A stretch of 64,000 nucleotides of DNA from an uncultured Acidobacteriaceae bacterium (GTDB lineage: Bacteria > Acidobacteriota > Terriglobia > Terriglobales > Acidobacteriaceae), in contig CAVWYV010000003.1 of the NCBI GenBank assembly GCA_963759355.1, positions 433,791 to 497,790 on the forward strand, written 5' to 3'. Every line of letters begins with the position of its first letter. Position 1 is the stretch's first letter. Below the pieces are notes generated by a model. It searched no databases, had not been told where the DNA came from, and saw only the letters and a program-made list of their open reading frames with translations. A program made the position numbers and the translations under genes. Below, piece after piece: positions 10,003 to 21,212 of this stretch.

Positions 10003-10236
10003 TTAGATTCTCTGCTGAATCGACACCACAACACCAATCTCTCCAAGCTGTGAGAGAAGCCTTTCTTCGTTGGCCTCGTGACCTCTTAAGTTGATTCTCA
10101 CCTCTTTATTATCGAGTACCCTATCCGTTATTGATTTGCCTTCGAGTAAGGAAAGGCCAAACTCTGTTCGCAGCGCCTTTGTAAGGGCTATCTTATCGAA
10201 GCCGACTCTCCAACCTTGTATGACTAGTTCCTTCAT
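10003..10236 (-). CDS. Putative RHS immunity protein, ribosomal L7/L12 CTD-like
   Basis: ATGA overlap with the toxin stop; KIALTKALRTEFGLSLLEGKSITD resembles L12 KVAVIKAVRxxTGLGLKEAKDLVE. Confidence 0.7.
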   Translation of the reverse strand: MKELVIQGWRVGFDKIALTKALRTEFGLSLLEGKSITDRVLDNKEVRINLRGHEANEERLLSQLGEIGVVVSIQQRI

Positions 10237-11480
10237 GGATTCACCTTTACTGTAAACGATGCAGGAACGTGACCAGGAGCGGCTCCTCCGGTCCGGGTCC
10301 CTCCCTCCACTACCACCCCGCTCACTCCTGCTCGAGCACCCAGTTCTCGCGCAGCTTGCTTAGTAGTCGCGACTCCCATTCCCTCGCCACTCACATGCAC
10401 TTGGGAAAGAACCAATTTATCGCCTTCTTTCGCCGTATTAGCCATAACTTCTACGTTGCCGTTCGCAGTATTTACGACGAAGCTAATTGCCCCTGGTTCT
10501 TCCTCAATCACGCTAACTATGGATTTGGCACCGCCACCAACCATACCGAACGGCAGAACTGCATAACTGCACTTTGGGCAATTGGAATTTCCGTAGAGAT
10601 TCTTTATCGTCTGGCCGGCTATGCCCCAACCGATTTCCTTCGCATCCGCACGAGTCATGTGCCTAAAAAAGTCAACATAGTCGGACCAGTCGAGATGGCA
10701 TGCTCCTGCAGTCAACGTGTTCGTTTTAGAATCAAATGTATCGGGGTCGCAATGGTAGTGTCCAGTAGCATCCACCTGAGACAGCGGTTTGTTCCCCCCA
10801 TAGCTATAGAGATTCAGGCTTTGCGGGTCTTGCTTGTCGGCATACGGAACGGACTCGATTCCATCAGCGACGTCGCTGTAGTCCGGGCTCATCCACCTGC
10901 CCATGCTACTTCGTAGTACCTGGCGCCGAAGTAGTCGAGCCCACTCTCTGCGTCTCGTTCTTTGCCGGTAAACTTGTAGTGGTTGGGGTCGCGGGCCGTG
11001 ACGGCGATCTCCTGCCCGTAAGGGGAGTAGTCGGAGTCGTTCTGAACGGCGCCCACCGCGTCGGTAACCACGGCCGTCCATCCCAGATGGTCTGCGATGT
11101 AGAAATGTAGCGTCTCGGTGGAGGAACCTGTGGCAACGTAAGGCCCTGCTGACGCCGCCCGCTCCGTCTGCGCCCCCAGGCGTAATAGGTTGCGCCGGTC
11201 GCGAGCATCTCGAAGCCGCGGCCTCCCTCGCACGAGGCCACGGCGGAGGAGATGTTGGGATAGGTCACCGTATACCGTTGCCACGAGTTCGTGAGCGTAA
11301 AGCCGGTCGCGGCGCAGTCGTTGACTCCGATCACTACCCCCTCCCCGCCGTTGGCCCCACGCAGCCAGATGCTGACAGTGTACGTCTGCCCCGCCTGCAG
11401 ACCCGCGGGGATGGAGGTCAGCACTCCCCAGTTCGCTCCCTGCCCGCAGTTCGTCCCTGCGGCGGGGGTGGCGAGCCCTC
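10233..11480 (-). pseudogene. Orphan RHS core with C-terminal toxin (5'-truncated, frameshifted near 10910 and 11160)
   Basis: HFYIADHLG, YKFTGKERDAESGLDYFGARYY / SSMGRWMSPD, PQSLNLYSYGGNKPLSQVDATGH cleavage motif, then a variable C-terminal domain; a CBM-like segment precedes the core. Confidence 0.82.
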
Positions 11481-12079
11481 TCCCCGCTTTGGATTTGGCC
11501 TGCGCTCGCAATTGTAGTCGAGGAGACATACATTCTCCTGCACAGAGAGTTCCCCTCCAAGTACCATTCGGAACTCACGAATATGCGCGCCAATTTGCTA
11601 CTCGCCTGATCTTGTAATTTTGCTCTGTCCGGCTTTGGGACCAGTCCCCAGGCATCCACTCATGTTGAAAACTTCAATAGCTACGGGAAGCAATCACGCC
11701 GGATACCCGCGAGGAAATGCTCGAGTGGATTGGCTCACAGGTGAAGGCAAAGAAGCTGAAGTTCCCGGAGACGAACGACACGATCATCTGGCCGAACTAC
11801 ACCGTCAAGGACCCGCGCGCGAGGGATTCGTCTCTCGCCGCCGTCTGAGAGCGCCTAGCGGCACGCACCTCACAGTACTTTTGCAAACCACGCCGCCCCA
11901 GAATGGCGTCATTAGGGAAGCCGAGACATTTTGTTTGATGCGCTAGGCTTCGCGGTTTCGGTCGCCTCTATTGCGCAAGGAGCTTAATTCTTGAAGAACT
12001 CAAAGACACTCGAAACCATCGAATGCAACACGCCGACCGACCTCATAGTAGCCATCATGCAACTCTTCAATACAGCTCG

Positions 12080-12300
12080 ACTGGCTGATCCGCATCGCGG
12101 AGAAGTGGCCTAAGAAGCTTACTTCAGACGGGTCGATCATCCTCAACTTCGGTGACGTCTGGGAGAGCGGCTCGCCTTTCATCTCCCTCTATCAAGAGCG
12201 GCTGTTGGTGCGCTTACAGGATGAACTCGGCTGGAATCTCGCGCAGCGCTATTCGTGGTCACGTCCTGCAGCACCTCCGGCGCCGGCTGAGTGGGTTGTC
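12080..12300 (+). pseudogene. DNA methyltransferase (N4/N6 class) fragment
   Basis: KLTSDGSIILNFGDVW...LLVRLQDELGWNLAQRYSW resembles the LKPDGSxxLNxGD block of beta-class MTases. Confidence 0.5.
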
Positions 12301-12324
12301 GTGTTGGGTGTTGGTCGCCATCGC

Positions 12325-12800
12325 TTAGTTCATCGACTTAGAACAAAAACCCCTGAGGTGCCTCCCACTGCTCGTCAAAGCGAGGGATCCCATAGCGTGC
12401 CTTCGTGTCGACGACTGCAGGTGCGGCCACGAAGAATTCCTGTCTCGCGGGAAACGTCTGACCTCGCCGTTGGACGTAGGCATAGGTGATAAGCCCGATC
12501 GTTTCCTCAGATACTTCGCGACGACTGGTTCCAAGCCTCCCTCGTCGAAAGCCTTGGACCAAACCTCCGGTATTGGTTCCTTTCGACTTGCCCGATGAAC
12601 CGTCTGATAAGACGATCTCCTAACCCTTTCAAGGTAGTCCTTCACCAGACGACTTGACTCCTCCAGGTTATTGCCTCCAGACCGTTCCGCGTACCGCAAT
12701 CGGATTGCATGCTCGACGATGCGAGGGTGGGCACCGATGACGAATGCCGTTGACGGCACACTCAGGAAGAGTTTGATCGTTTCGAGGCTCCCCTCGACCC
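12325..12800 (-). pseudogene. KAP-family P-loop NTPase fragment
   Basis: LETIKLFLSVPSTAFVIGAHPRIVEHAIRLRY...DYLE matches the KAP region after Walker B. Confidence 0.6.
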
Positions 12801-13052
12801 TACCACTTGCTGCTAGGTTCACGTGGGTAAACGCCACATCGACCGTCAGAAAATCGTCTGACGCTCGCCGCCCTCATTACAAAAGTTTCCCAAGACAGCA
12901 ACTTTCCTGTGGACATAAAACGGGATCGCCAGTATTGTTTCGCTAAAATCCTTCAGCGCCATCTTGAGAACTTCTATTTGGAGGCTTCTCCGCCCTGAGG
13001 GACCAGTATTTGTTTCAGCCCATTTTCGTGCTTATTACAGGAGCTTCTTCCG

Positions 13053-16000
13053 GTGGCCTTCGTCCGCTCTTCCTTTTGCTTGTTGTTTATCTTTCTTTGT
13101 TCCTACTCGGCGGCCCACGCACAGGGGTCAAACCCCGGAGTCCACACAGAAACTCCATTTGGAAGCTTTAGCGGCAGCGACATCGATCACGTCGATATGT
13201 CCAATGGGGCGCTATCTATGCGGATTCCGCTCTATTCGGTTCCACTCAAGAACAGTAAACTGAATGCTTCTTTTTCATTGTTGGTTGACGGCAGCATGAG
13301 GTTCACGCCAACCGCCTACTGTAACCCCTCAGGCAGTGGCTGCACCTATACCTACAATCTCGCCAACGACTATCCGGGCCCTCAGATAGTTTTCGATCAA
13401 GGTTTTGGAGCGATTGCACAGAGTAGTTCCGACAACTACATGGAGCTGTATGGCTATTATGACGATGTCCCGATACAAGAAAGTATGCAGGAGATCTCGT
13501 ATGCATACTATATTTCGGATGCTACGGGGGCGCACCATAACCTAGCATTTGATAGCACTAGCGACCATATGACGCTCAGAACCATAGATGGTTCTGGATA
13601 CAGCCTAACGTTGCCAACCCCTACAACTTACCAGGCTGTGTTAACTCAGGATTACCTCACTTTACTGGGCGATGCATATGATGCCAATGGATCGCATTGG
13701 CACCGCGTTAGCGATTCTTCCAGCCAATTCATTGATAGCAATGGTAACGTTCTAGTCACCAGTTCGACAGATCAAAATAACGTTAATCACATAATAGATT
13801 TGTTCAACCGCAATTTGATCGTTTACGAATCCTCGCAGCCCGGTCTTGTGTCTTTATGTCCAAACGATTTTGTTGATTCCACCCAGCCAACCGTTGGTGC
13901 TCGTTATGTCGATTTTCCCGGCCCTTCTGATACAAATGGCATAATACAACTCCTTGTCTGCTATACGACTTTCAATATTCATACAGATCTTCTGGGCGCC
14001 GATGGGAATGATGCTATCTACAACCGGACGAATGTAGTCACGCAATCCGGTCCCGCTACCGACACTTATAAAGAGGTCGCGCTGCCGTTGTCTGCTATCC
14101 AAAGCATTGTCTATCCGGATAAGACTTATCTCAGTTTCAAGTACGATGCTGTTCATCCCAATGCACAGCCCAGCATTGCCTACGGAAATATAACCAGTGT
14201 GCATCTTCGTACCGGCGCGGTCATTAGCTACTCTCAGCAACCAACGGAAACGTGTGCATCACACACGGATCCTTTTCATGGCTGGGGTGGGGATCAGCCA
14301 CCATATGAAGCATTTCATAGCTCAGTATTCGCGCGAACGGTAACAAGCGACGGTCAGTCCCATCCTTGGAACTACTACTACGACGATTTCGGCGGTTCAA
14401 CCACGACAGTTGAGTCGAAACCCGATGGTAATTCGACGAAGTACACCTTCCTGACAATGGATACACAGTGTACGGCCTACGAAACCGAACGACAGGAGTA
14501 CGATGGTGCCGCCCCGACGAGAATTAATCCGAGTACCAATGGTGTGCTCCTCAGAACCACCGACACGAGCTATTACCAATTCCAGGATATCTCGGGAATC
14601 TCGTGGGAATCGTGGCTTAATGGAGAGACTTCAACCGTCGCATTCCCCCACACCATAACAACGACCCCAGCCGGTGGGAATTCTACCACTACTACCTATG
14701 TATATGATGGGGGTTTTGAGGGGGATCAACCATTCCAACTGCAACAAGGTGGTTCTAGTCCCTACTGGACTACTCGGACGGCCTCGGAAATATGGGGAAT
14801 ACCGAAGAACGTAACGGTTGCAGGACCTGATGGGAACGGCGGCTCTCTGACGAGCACGAAGACAACGGATTATAAATGGGAAACAGCTGGACCCACTCTG
14901 AGTGCAAACCTTTTAGATACGCCATCTATTGTCAGCGTGAGCGGCTCAGGCGGAAATTCGGCTACTACGACATTTACGTATGATGCATATGGGAATGAGA
15001 CCCTCCGAACCATCACTGGCCCTCAAGGTGGCACTCATTCAGTTTCCACTCAGTACAACTCAGACGGCCAGCCAACCCAAGTAATCGACAATATGGAGAT
15101 CGACTACGCCTATGAAGATCCTCTGTCTCCATTTCCGTCGAAGATTACCTATCCCCAAGTGAATGGCGTTCCCCATGTCGAACACTTCACTTGGGACCAC
15201 AATACTTCGCAGATTGCATCATTCACGGATCAGAACTCTATTCTAGCGACATATCAGTATCACGGTCCCTTGGCGCAGCTAACCCAAGAAGTCGACGCAT
15301 CCGGAACGTCTGCGCAGACGTCTACTTCGTTCGACTATTCGAATCCCGTCTCCCCCGTTGCAAGAAAGGATCTTCACTCGTTTGGAGACGGTCTACTCGT
15401 CACCACTACTGTATTGGATGGCCTTGGGCGTCCAACCAAAGTGACTCGGCCCGATGGAAGCGTTGTCGATACCACCTATGATTCGGTCGGAAATGTTCAC
15501 AGTGTATCGAATCCATACTATGCTTCTGACGGCCCGGGTGGCGGCAAAGCGTTCTCATATGATGGACTTAATAGGAAGCGAACCGAATGTTATTCAGACG
15601 GAAACTGTGAACAATGGACGCCTGATGGATACGTTATCATGTATACCGACGAGTCGGGAGTGCGGTGGCAACGGACTTCGGATGCCTTGGGAAGGCTTGC
15701 TAATGTCGTAGAACTTGGCACTACAGTGGCTCCATTATCCTTGCAGGCGACGTACACCTACGACGCTTTGGGCAACCTCATGAGCGCCACCCAGAACGGC
15801 ACTGCCGGAGAGACACTGCGCTACCGTAGCTTCACCTATGATTCTCTGTCGAGACTCATCACTTCACAGAATCCTGAGACCGGCACAATCTGCTATGGCC
15901 AATGGAACGGCGGGAGTTGTGTCGGCGGCTACGACGGCAATGGAAACCTGCTACACAAGACCGATGCAAATGGGACGGTTTCGAGCTTTCAGTACGATTC

Positions 16001-18616
16001 GTTGAATCGCGTCACTAGCGAGAGTTATTCAGATGGAATAACACCTGATAATTTTTATGCCTACGACGTCGCGCCAGGTTACATGCCTGATCTGCAGAAG
16101 ACCATCGGGCGCCTCACGTACTCAGGTAACGCGTATAACGGAGGAACCTCCGGAAAAGCCACAGCAACTACGTACAGCTATGATGCGATGGGAAGGATTG
16201 TCCGCGAATGGGAGCAGACCCCGTCTGCCTCTCCCGGAGGATTCTTTGTTTACTCCAATTACGATCTGGCGGGTAATCTCACGGATCTCACCTATCCTGA
16301 TGGCCGTCATATTATGCAGAGTATGGACGGCGCAGGAAGGCTGGCTTCAGTAGCAGATAGCAGTACCGGAACAACCTACCTTAACGGCCCAGGTGGAAAC
16401 GTGCAGTATTGGCCAAGTGGCGAGGTTTCTGCTTCCACCTACGGCAATGGAGTCACGCAAAGTTTTACGCTCAACAATCGGCTTCAGCCGTGCCATTCTA
16501 TAGCTAGTCTGTCGATCAATGGCTCATCCGTGAGTCTGTTGGACCGCCAAAGCTATTACAATGCGCAGACGGCTTCGCCATGCGGTAGCGAAGCTGGCAA
16601 CAATGGGAATATCTATGCAATCGTCGACAATCGGCAGGTCGGCTTAACGCAGAGTTTCAGCTACGATCCCCTGAACCGGATAACGAGCGGGTCGCGTTCC
16701 GATGGGGCCTATAACCACACTTACAACTACGATTCATTCGGGAATATGTCCTTACAGGATAACTTGTCATCTGGTTCCGCAGTAAAGTACGAGCCCGATC
16801 CCGCCGGTACCAACCGACTACTTCGTTCTCACGATGGAGGCGTGACCTTTGGTGATGGCCTGACCACAGGAGATTTCATCTATGACGCCTCGGGCTCATT
16901 GATACGATCCGCAGATGGTATTGGTCCACCTCACATGTACCAGCACAATGCGTTGGGGCAGTTGCTTTCGATCGACGGTGGGGCGGCAAGCTATGTGTAT
17001 AACGAGTCCGACCAGCGGGCGTTCAAGCAGACCGCGAGCGGCACGACAGAGTATGTCTATTTCAACAGCCAGCCAATCGCCGAGCGAAATAACGACGGCA
17101 GTTGGACAGACTATGTCTACGCCAATGGACAGAAGATTGCCAAGATCGACCAAGAGCTGTCACACATCCAGATCCAGGGTGTCGGCTGGGGCAAAGGGTT
17201 TCGGATCTACCAAGCCAATGTTCCAATTAGCGCCGGGGATAAGATTGCCTTCCGACAATATGGGGGGCCGTCCACGTCCGGTGGAATCAATGTTGAGGGT
17301 ACTTTAGCTGACGGCCAGCAGACCTACACGGGTGGAACAGAGACCGATCAGAACGGGGTACCTGGCGACTTCGCCACACAATCTGGAGTCTGGCTTGACA
17401 GAGTGGTCGATCTTTCACGCTTGGCCGGAGGACAATTGACTGGTGTAGACGTGGAGGCTCAAACACTAGATGGTGCTGACTGGTACATGGATTTTGCCGA
17501 TATCGCGGTTGTTCACGCCGATGGGTCCGTCACGCCAATCTTTGCCGGTCAGCAGATCAGCCTCAATCCGGTGTTCGGAAATGGGACGAACTTTTCAGGA
17601 GCGGTGGTAACGGATAACCTCGACCAGCCCGCCCACTACTACATCGACGACCATCTCGGATCGACTCAGATGGAGTTGTCGAGCGGCGGGTGGCCGGTTT
17701 GGTTGGGGCAGTTCACGCCGTTCGGGCAGGAGATCATGGCTGGGCAGGTGCTCAGTGCGAACCTTGGCAATCCGCAACCCGGTGACGGCACTAACATGCA
17801 TTACAAGTTCACCGGCAAAGAACGGGATGCAGAAAGCGGCTTAGATAACTTCGGTGCGCGCTACTTCGGATCGATCGATGGGGCGGTTCATGAGTCCCGA
17901 CTGGGCCGAAAATCCAGCAGCTATCCCGTACGCCGAATTGAGCAACCCACAGAGCCTGAACCTGTATTCGTATGCTGGCAACAACCCTCTTCGCGATGTC
18001 GACCCTGATGGACACGAAGTGTGGCTCTGCGCTAACGGATCATCGAACTGTCAGCATTTCGATGATGACCAATGGTCGGCATTTCTGAAGCAGCAGGCAG
18101 ACGCTGTCAAGAATGGAACGAACGGCGGCATCACGATCAGCGGTAGCGGCTTCATGGGAACTGGAACCATCTCTTGCGGAGGGCAAGAATGTGGTCAAGC
18201 TATATACAACCAAGAAGGCATTCACGATGAAACCGGAGATATCCTCGGCGGGTATGCAATGGGCAGAATCGGTGGGTATGCTCTTGGCAAAGCGTTTGGG
18301 TTTATTGGAAGCCTCTTTGGGCGAGCCGCAGGTGAAGGCGCAGCTACAGCTGCTTCAGAGGCCGCTGTCGATGTGACCAACCTTAGCGATCATGTTCTTA
18401 AAAAGCATGGCAAAGCGCGGTTGGACTGCTGAGCAAATATCCGAGACAGTGAAAGTCGGAACCCAGCACGCCACCGTGAACAAGGCGACCGGTGGGGCAG
18501 CAACGGAATTTGTAAATCAAGTAAACGGGCGCTTTGTCGTTGTTGATAACGCGACCAAGCAAGTCTTGCAGGTTTCAGGAGCGGATCACCTACCGAACTA
18601 TCTATTGAACAAATGA
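13053..18616 (+). CDS. RHS/YD-repeat toxin with signal peptide and colicin E5-like RNase C-terminus (two +1 frameshifts, ~17870 and ~18402)
   Basis: YD repeats; YKFTGKERDAESGLDNFGARY then MGRFMSPD...NNPLRDVDPDGH in the next frame; then MAKRGWTAEQISETV...FVVVDNATKQVLQVS, like colicin E5 CRD (MPERGWTEDDI...YVVVNDRTGEVTQIS). Confidence 0.88.
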
Positions 18617-18963
18617 CCAATAAACCTGAGTCTTCGAATTACGCAGCACATCTGGCCGTTAGGGTGACCTCTGACGGTGAATTAATCTTTTCGCACACGA
18701 ATGTCTTGGAGGCGATTGCGGTCTATTCCGAACGTGAGATCGCTGTTCTTGGGATCGAGGTGCTTACCCTTATAGGAGGGCGCTATCGCACGGATCGCCT
18801 TTCCTCGTTTTCTTCCCAGTTCGACGGGGGTTCTTGGAAGGACTTCGTTAGCTCCAGGAATATTCTGGCCGTTGAGTTCGTGAGAGGACAAACAGACGAG
18901 GATAGCCTATTCTTGCTGACCACATCGAGCGAGGAGGAATACGCCAACCTGCGTGTCCAATAG
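18613..18963 (+). CDS. Putative cognate immunity protein
   Basis: ATGA overlap with the toxin stop; small acidic protein. Confidence 0.7.
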   Translation: MTNKPESSNYAAHLAVRVTSDGELIFSHTNVLEAIAVYSEREIAVLGIEVLTLIGGRYRTDRLSSFSSQFDGGSWKDFVSSRNILAVEFVRGQTDEDSLFLLTTSSEEEYANLRVQ

Positions 18964-18986
18964 CTACGTCACCGTTCAAGCCTTTC

Positions 18987-19727
18987 ATGGGCTTCGTGCC
19001 ACACCGAGAGAGCACGTCGCTCCGCATCGGCTTGAGCGTGGATGGCGATCTTCCTAACCGGCATCTTCTTCTTGGGGGTGTTCTGTCTGGACTACTGGCA
19101 CGGCTGGACAGCCGCCGAGCGGCTGTACCTGACGGACTATCTCAAGAGCGGTGTTATGTTGACGGCCACATTGACACGGATTCCTACAAGTACACACAGA
19201 GCAATGGCAATTACTCTTTGAACTACAGCTTCACGCCGGATGGTGGAGACAGCCAGTCAGGAACCACGACGTTAGCCGTCGGCAAGATCGGTCTTGATGC
19301 TCCGCCCGATCCAGATCAGGCCAGAATCAGTGGTCTCGTGCAGGGTGTCGCCGACAGAACGGCTGGGTTCCCGGACGTTTGCTCAGGTGGCGGGTTCGTC
19401 TATGCAGGTGTTCAGGCACCAGTGGGTAAGGCGCACGGCTTCGCCGGTTATCTTGGCAACTATGACTCCAAAGGCGGATTTACGAACGGCGGGCTGGTCG
19501 AGGGTTCAGGACACTCGGCGGGCGCCGCTGGGGCATATAGCCCGAAGGGTGGTCCGGAGGCTCTAGTCTTCGTTCCCTTCGCGGAAGCAGGAGGGGGTCT
19601 AGTGGGCGCTTCTAAGGAGGGTCTGGCGGTTGGCGGCTACGTCGGGACACCAGAGAAGTTCCCTGTAGGTGTGGGGGCGGGTGCTTTCTTCAACATCTCG
19701 ACAATGAGCGCTTGCAACCATCGATAG
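18987..19727 (+). pseudogene. Orphan toxin C-terminal module, glycine-rich (true start unclear)
   Basis: Follows an immunity gene; Gly-rich beta-like C-terminus; followed by a small membrane-protein gene. Confidence 0.5.
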
Positions 19728-19735
19728 GAGACGTC

Positions 19736-19933
19736 ATGAGATATTTTGGTCCGATCATATGCTTCCTCATGGCAGCTTTTGGTGCGTACGTTGGTGCTAC
19801 TGCCAAAGTCTTCTACCCTGGTCGGTTGGGTCGCAAGTCTGACGGTAAACCGATCCCGACATGGTTCGGTCGAGTGTGGTTCCTTGGCTTCGCTGCTGTG
19901 ATGCTGTACTTAGGCATCAAGGGACTTCGATGA
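19736..19933 (+). CDS. Small 2-TM putative immunity protein
   Basis: AGGAG RBS before ATG 19736; two hydrophobic helices. Confidence 0.65.
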   Translation: MRYFGPIICFLMAAFGAYVGATAKVFYPGRLGRKSDGKPIPTWFGRVWFLGFAAVMLYLGIKGLR

Positions 19934-19936
19934 TGG

Positions 19937-19966
19937 AAGGCCGTCTCTTGGGAGGCGGCCTTGTTG
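19937..19966 (+). terminator. Intrinsic terminator
   Basis: AAGGCCGTCTC-TTGG-GAGGCGGCCTT hairpin directly after the stop. Confidence 0.6.
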
Positions 19967-21212
19967 CGTCTGGCCCTCTATCCGAGAGCCGTGCCGACCG
20001 AAAGAAAGAGCAGGCTGCTACCGCACCGGGAGGATGATGACACTCCATCCCTGGCGGGGTCGTGTGGAAGCGGAAAATGGTTCCGGGTGGAAACGTCAAC
20101 CCATGCAATGACCTGAGCGGTGTTCGTTTCCGCCGGGAACCATCGCGTGTCCGGCGGAAACACTCTCAGGCGCAGGAAATCCATCGCAACAGCGTGAGTT
20201 CGTGCGGAGCCTGAGTATGGACCGCTTAAGGTGGAGGCGACCGCTTACCCTTCTGAAGCTGATCGATCTCCATCGGCAAACCGAGACTGCATGTCTGGAA
20301 GCTCCGAGACGCCCTCCGCTCAGTCATCGTCAATTTCTCACGAGTCGGGCCACGCTACCCAATCTTCCAGAAATGAGACTTGGTCGTGCCCTCAAACTGC
20401 CAGCACAAAGGACTTATCATCCGCCAGTCTAAATGCCGCTCTTGCTCCGAACCTCCCGCCCAACCCGCCTCTGTCGGTCACGCCGGGTCGTCGGCCACCG
20501 GGAAGTTGTTCCTGCAACATTCTCAACGAGTGCAAAATCGCCAATGCACTCATTGAGGGCATCCGTACGAGTCGTTTCCGGGTGACGGGCAACCGCAAAT
20601 GATCTGACATGAGTCCTGACAAACGCGCTTCTCGTCAGTTGACGATTACTGACTGCAAGCCGACTTAGACAATGAAGGCCCGCCGCGGTTGCGTCGAGGC
20701 CATAGATGCTGTCCGCCCTGACTTCAGATGCACAGGTTTAACCACAGCCGATCGGTTCATCTCCTCGCGGTGATGGGCCATTGGATGGGGTCCGGCCGTC
20801 AGGCGGGTGCTGTCGAACCCAGCAACGAGTCGGAATGGCGGAGGCAGTCATGTGTTCATGTGCTTCACACTGCGTCACACAATTTCGCTCGACCGTGTGA
20901 ATGCTCGATTCGAGGCGATGCTTCCTGGCGACGGGCTTTACGAGTTGTGAAGAGTGTGCCTTTCGAAGAAATGTCACGCAACTGTCACCGGGAAATCACG
21001 TGAGAACACATTCCGCGTGTTCCCTAATGGGACAGCCACTCCTGCTACAGTAATCAAATGTCCGCCCGCCGAAAGCGCACGCGTCGAGCAGAAGGTGGTC
21101 AAACGGTTCATTATTTGTCTTCATCGATTCGCTGACGGACAACTGCGCTGGCGATCGGAGACTGTTGTAATCCGCAGCTCCCAGTTGAGTCGTTAAGAGG
21201 AGCACGATCTCC

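Noticed and set aside
19970-21200. Short ORFs between the RHS and lasso loci
   Set aside because: No recognisable motifs or RBS; probably degraded or regulatory DNA. No second lasso precursor was seen.
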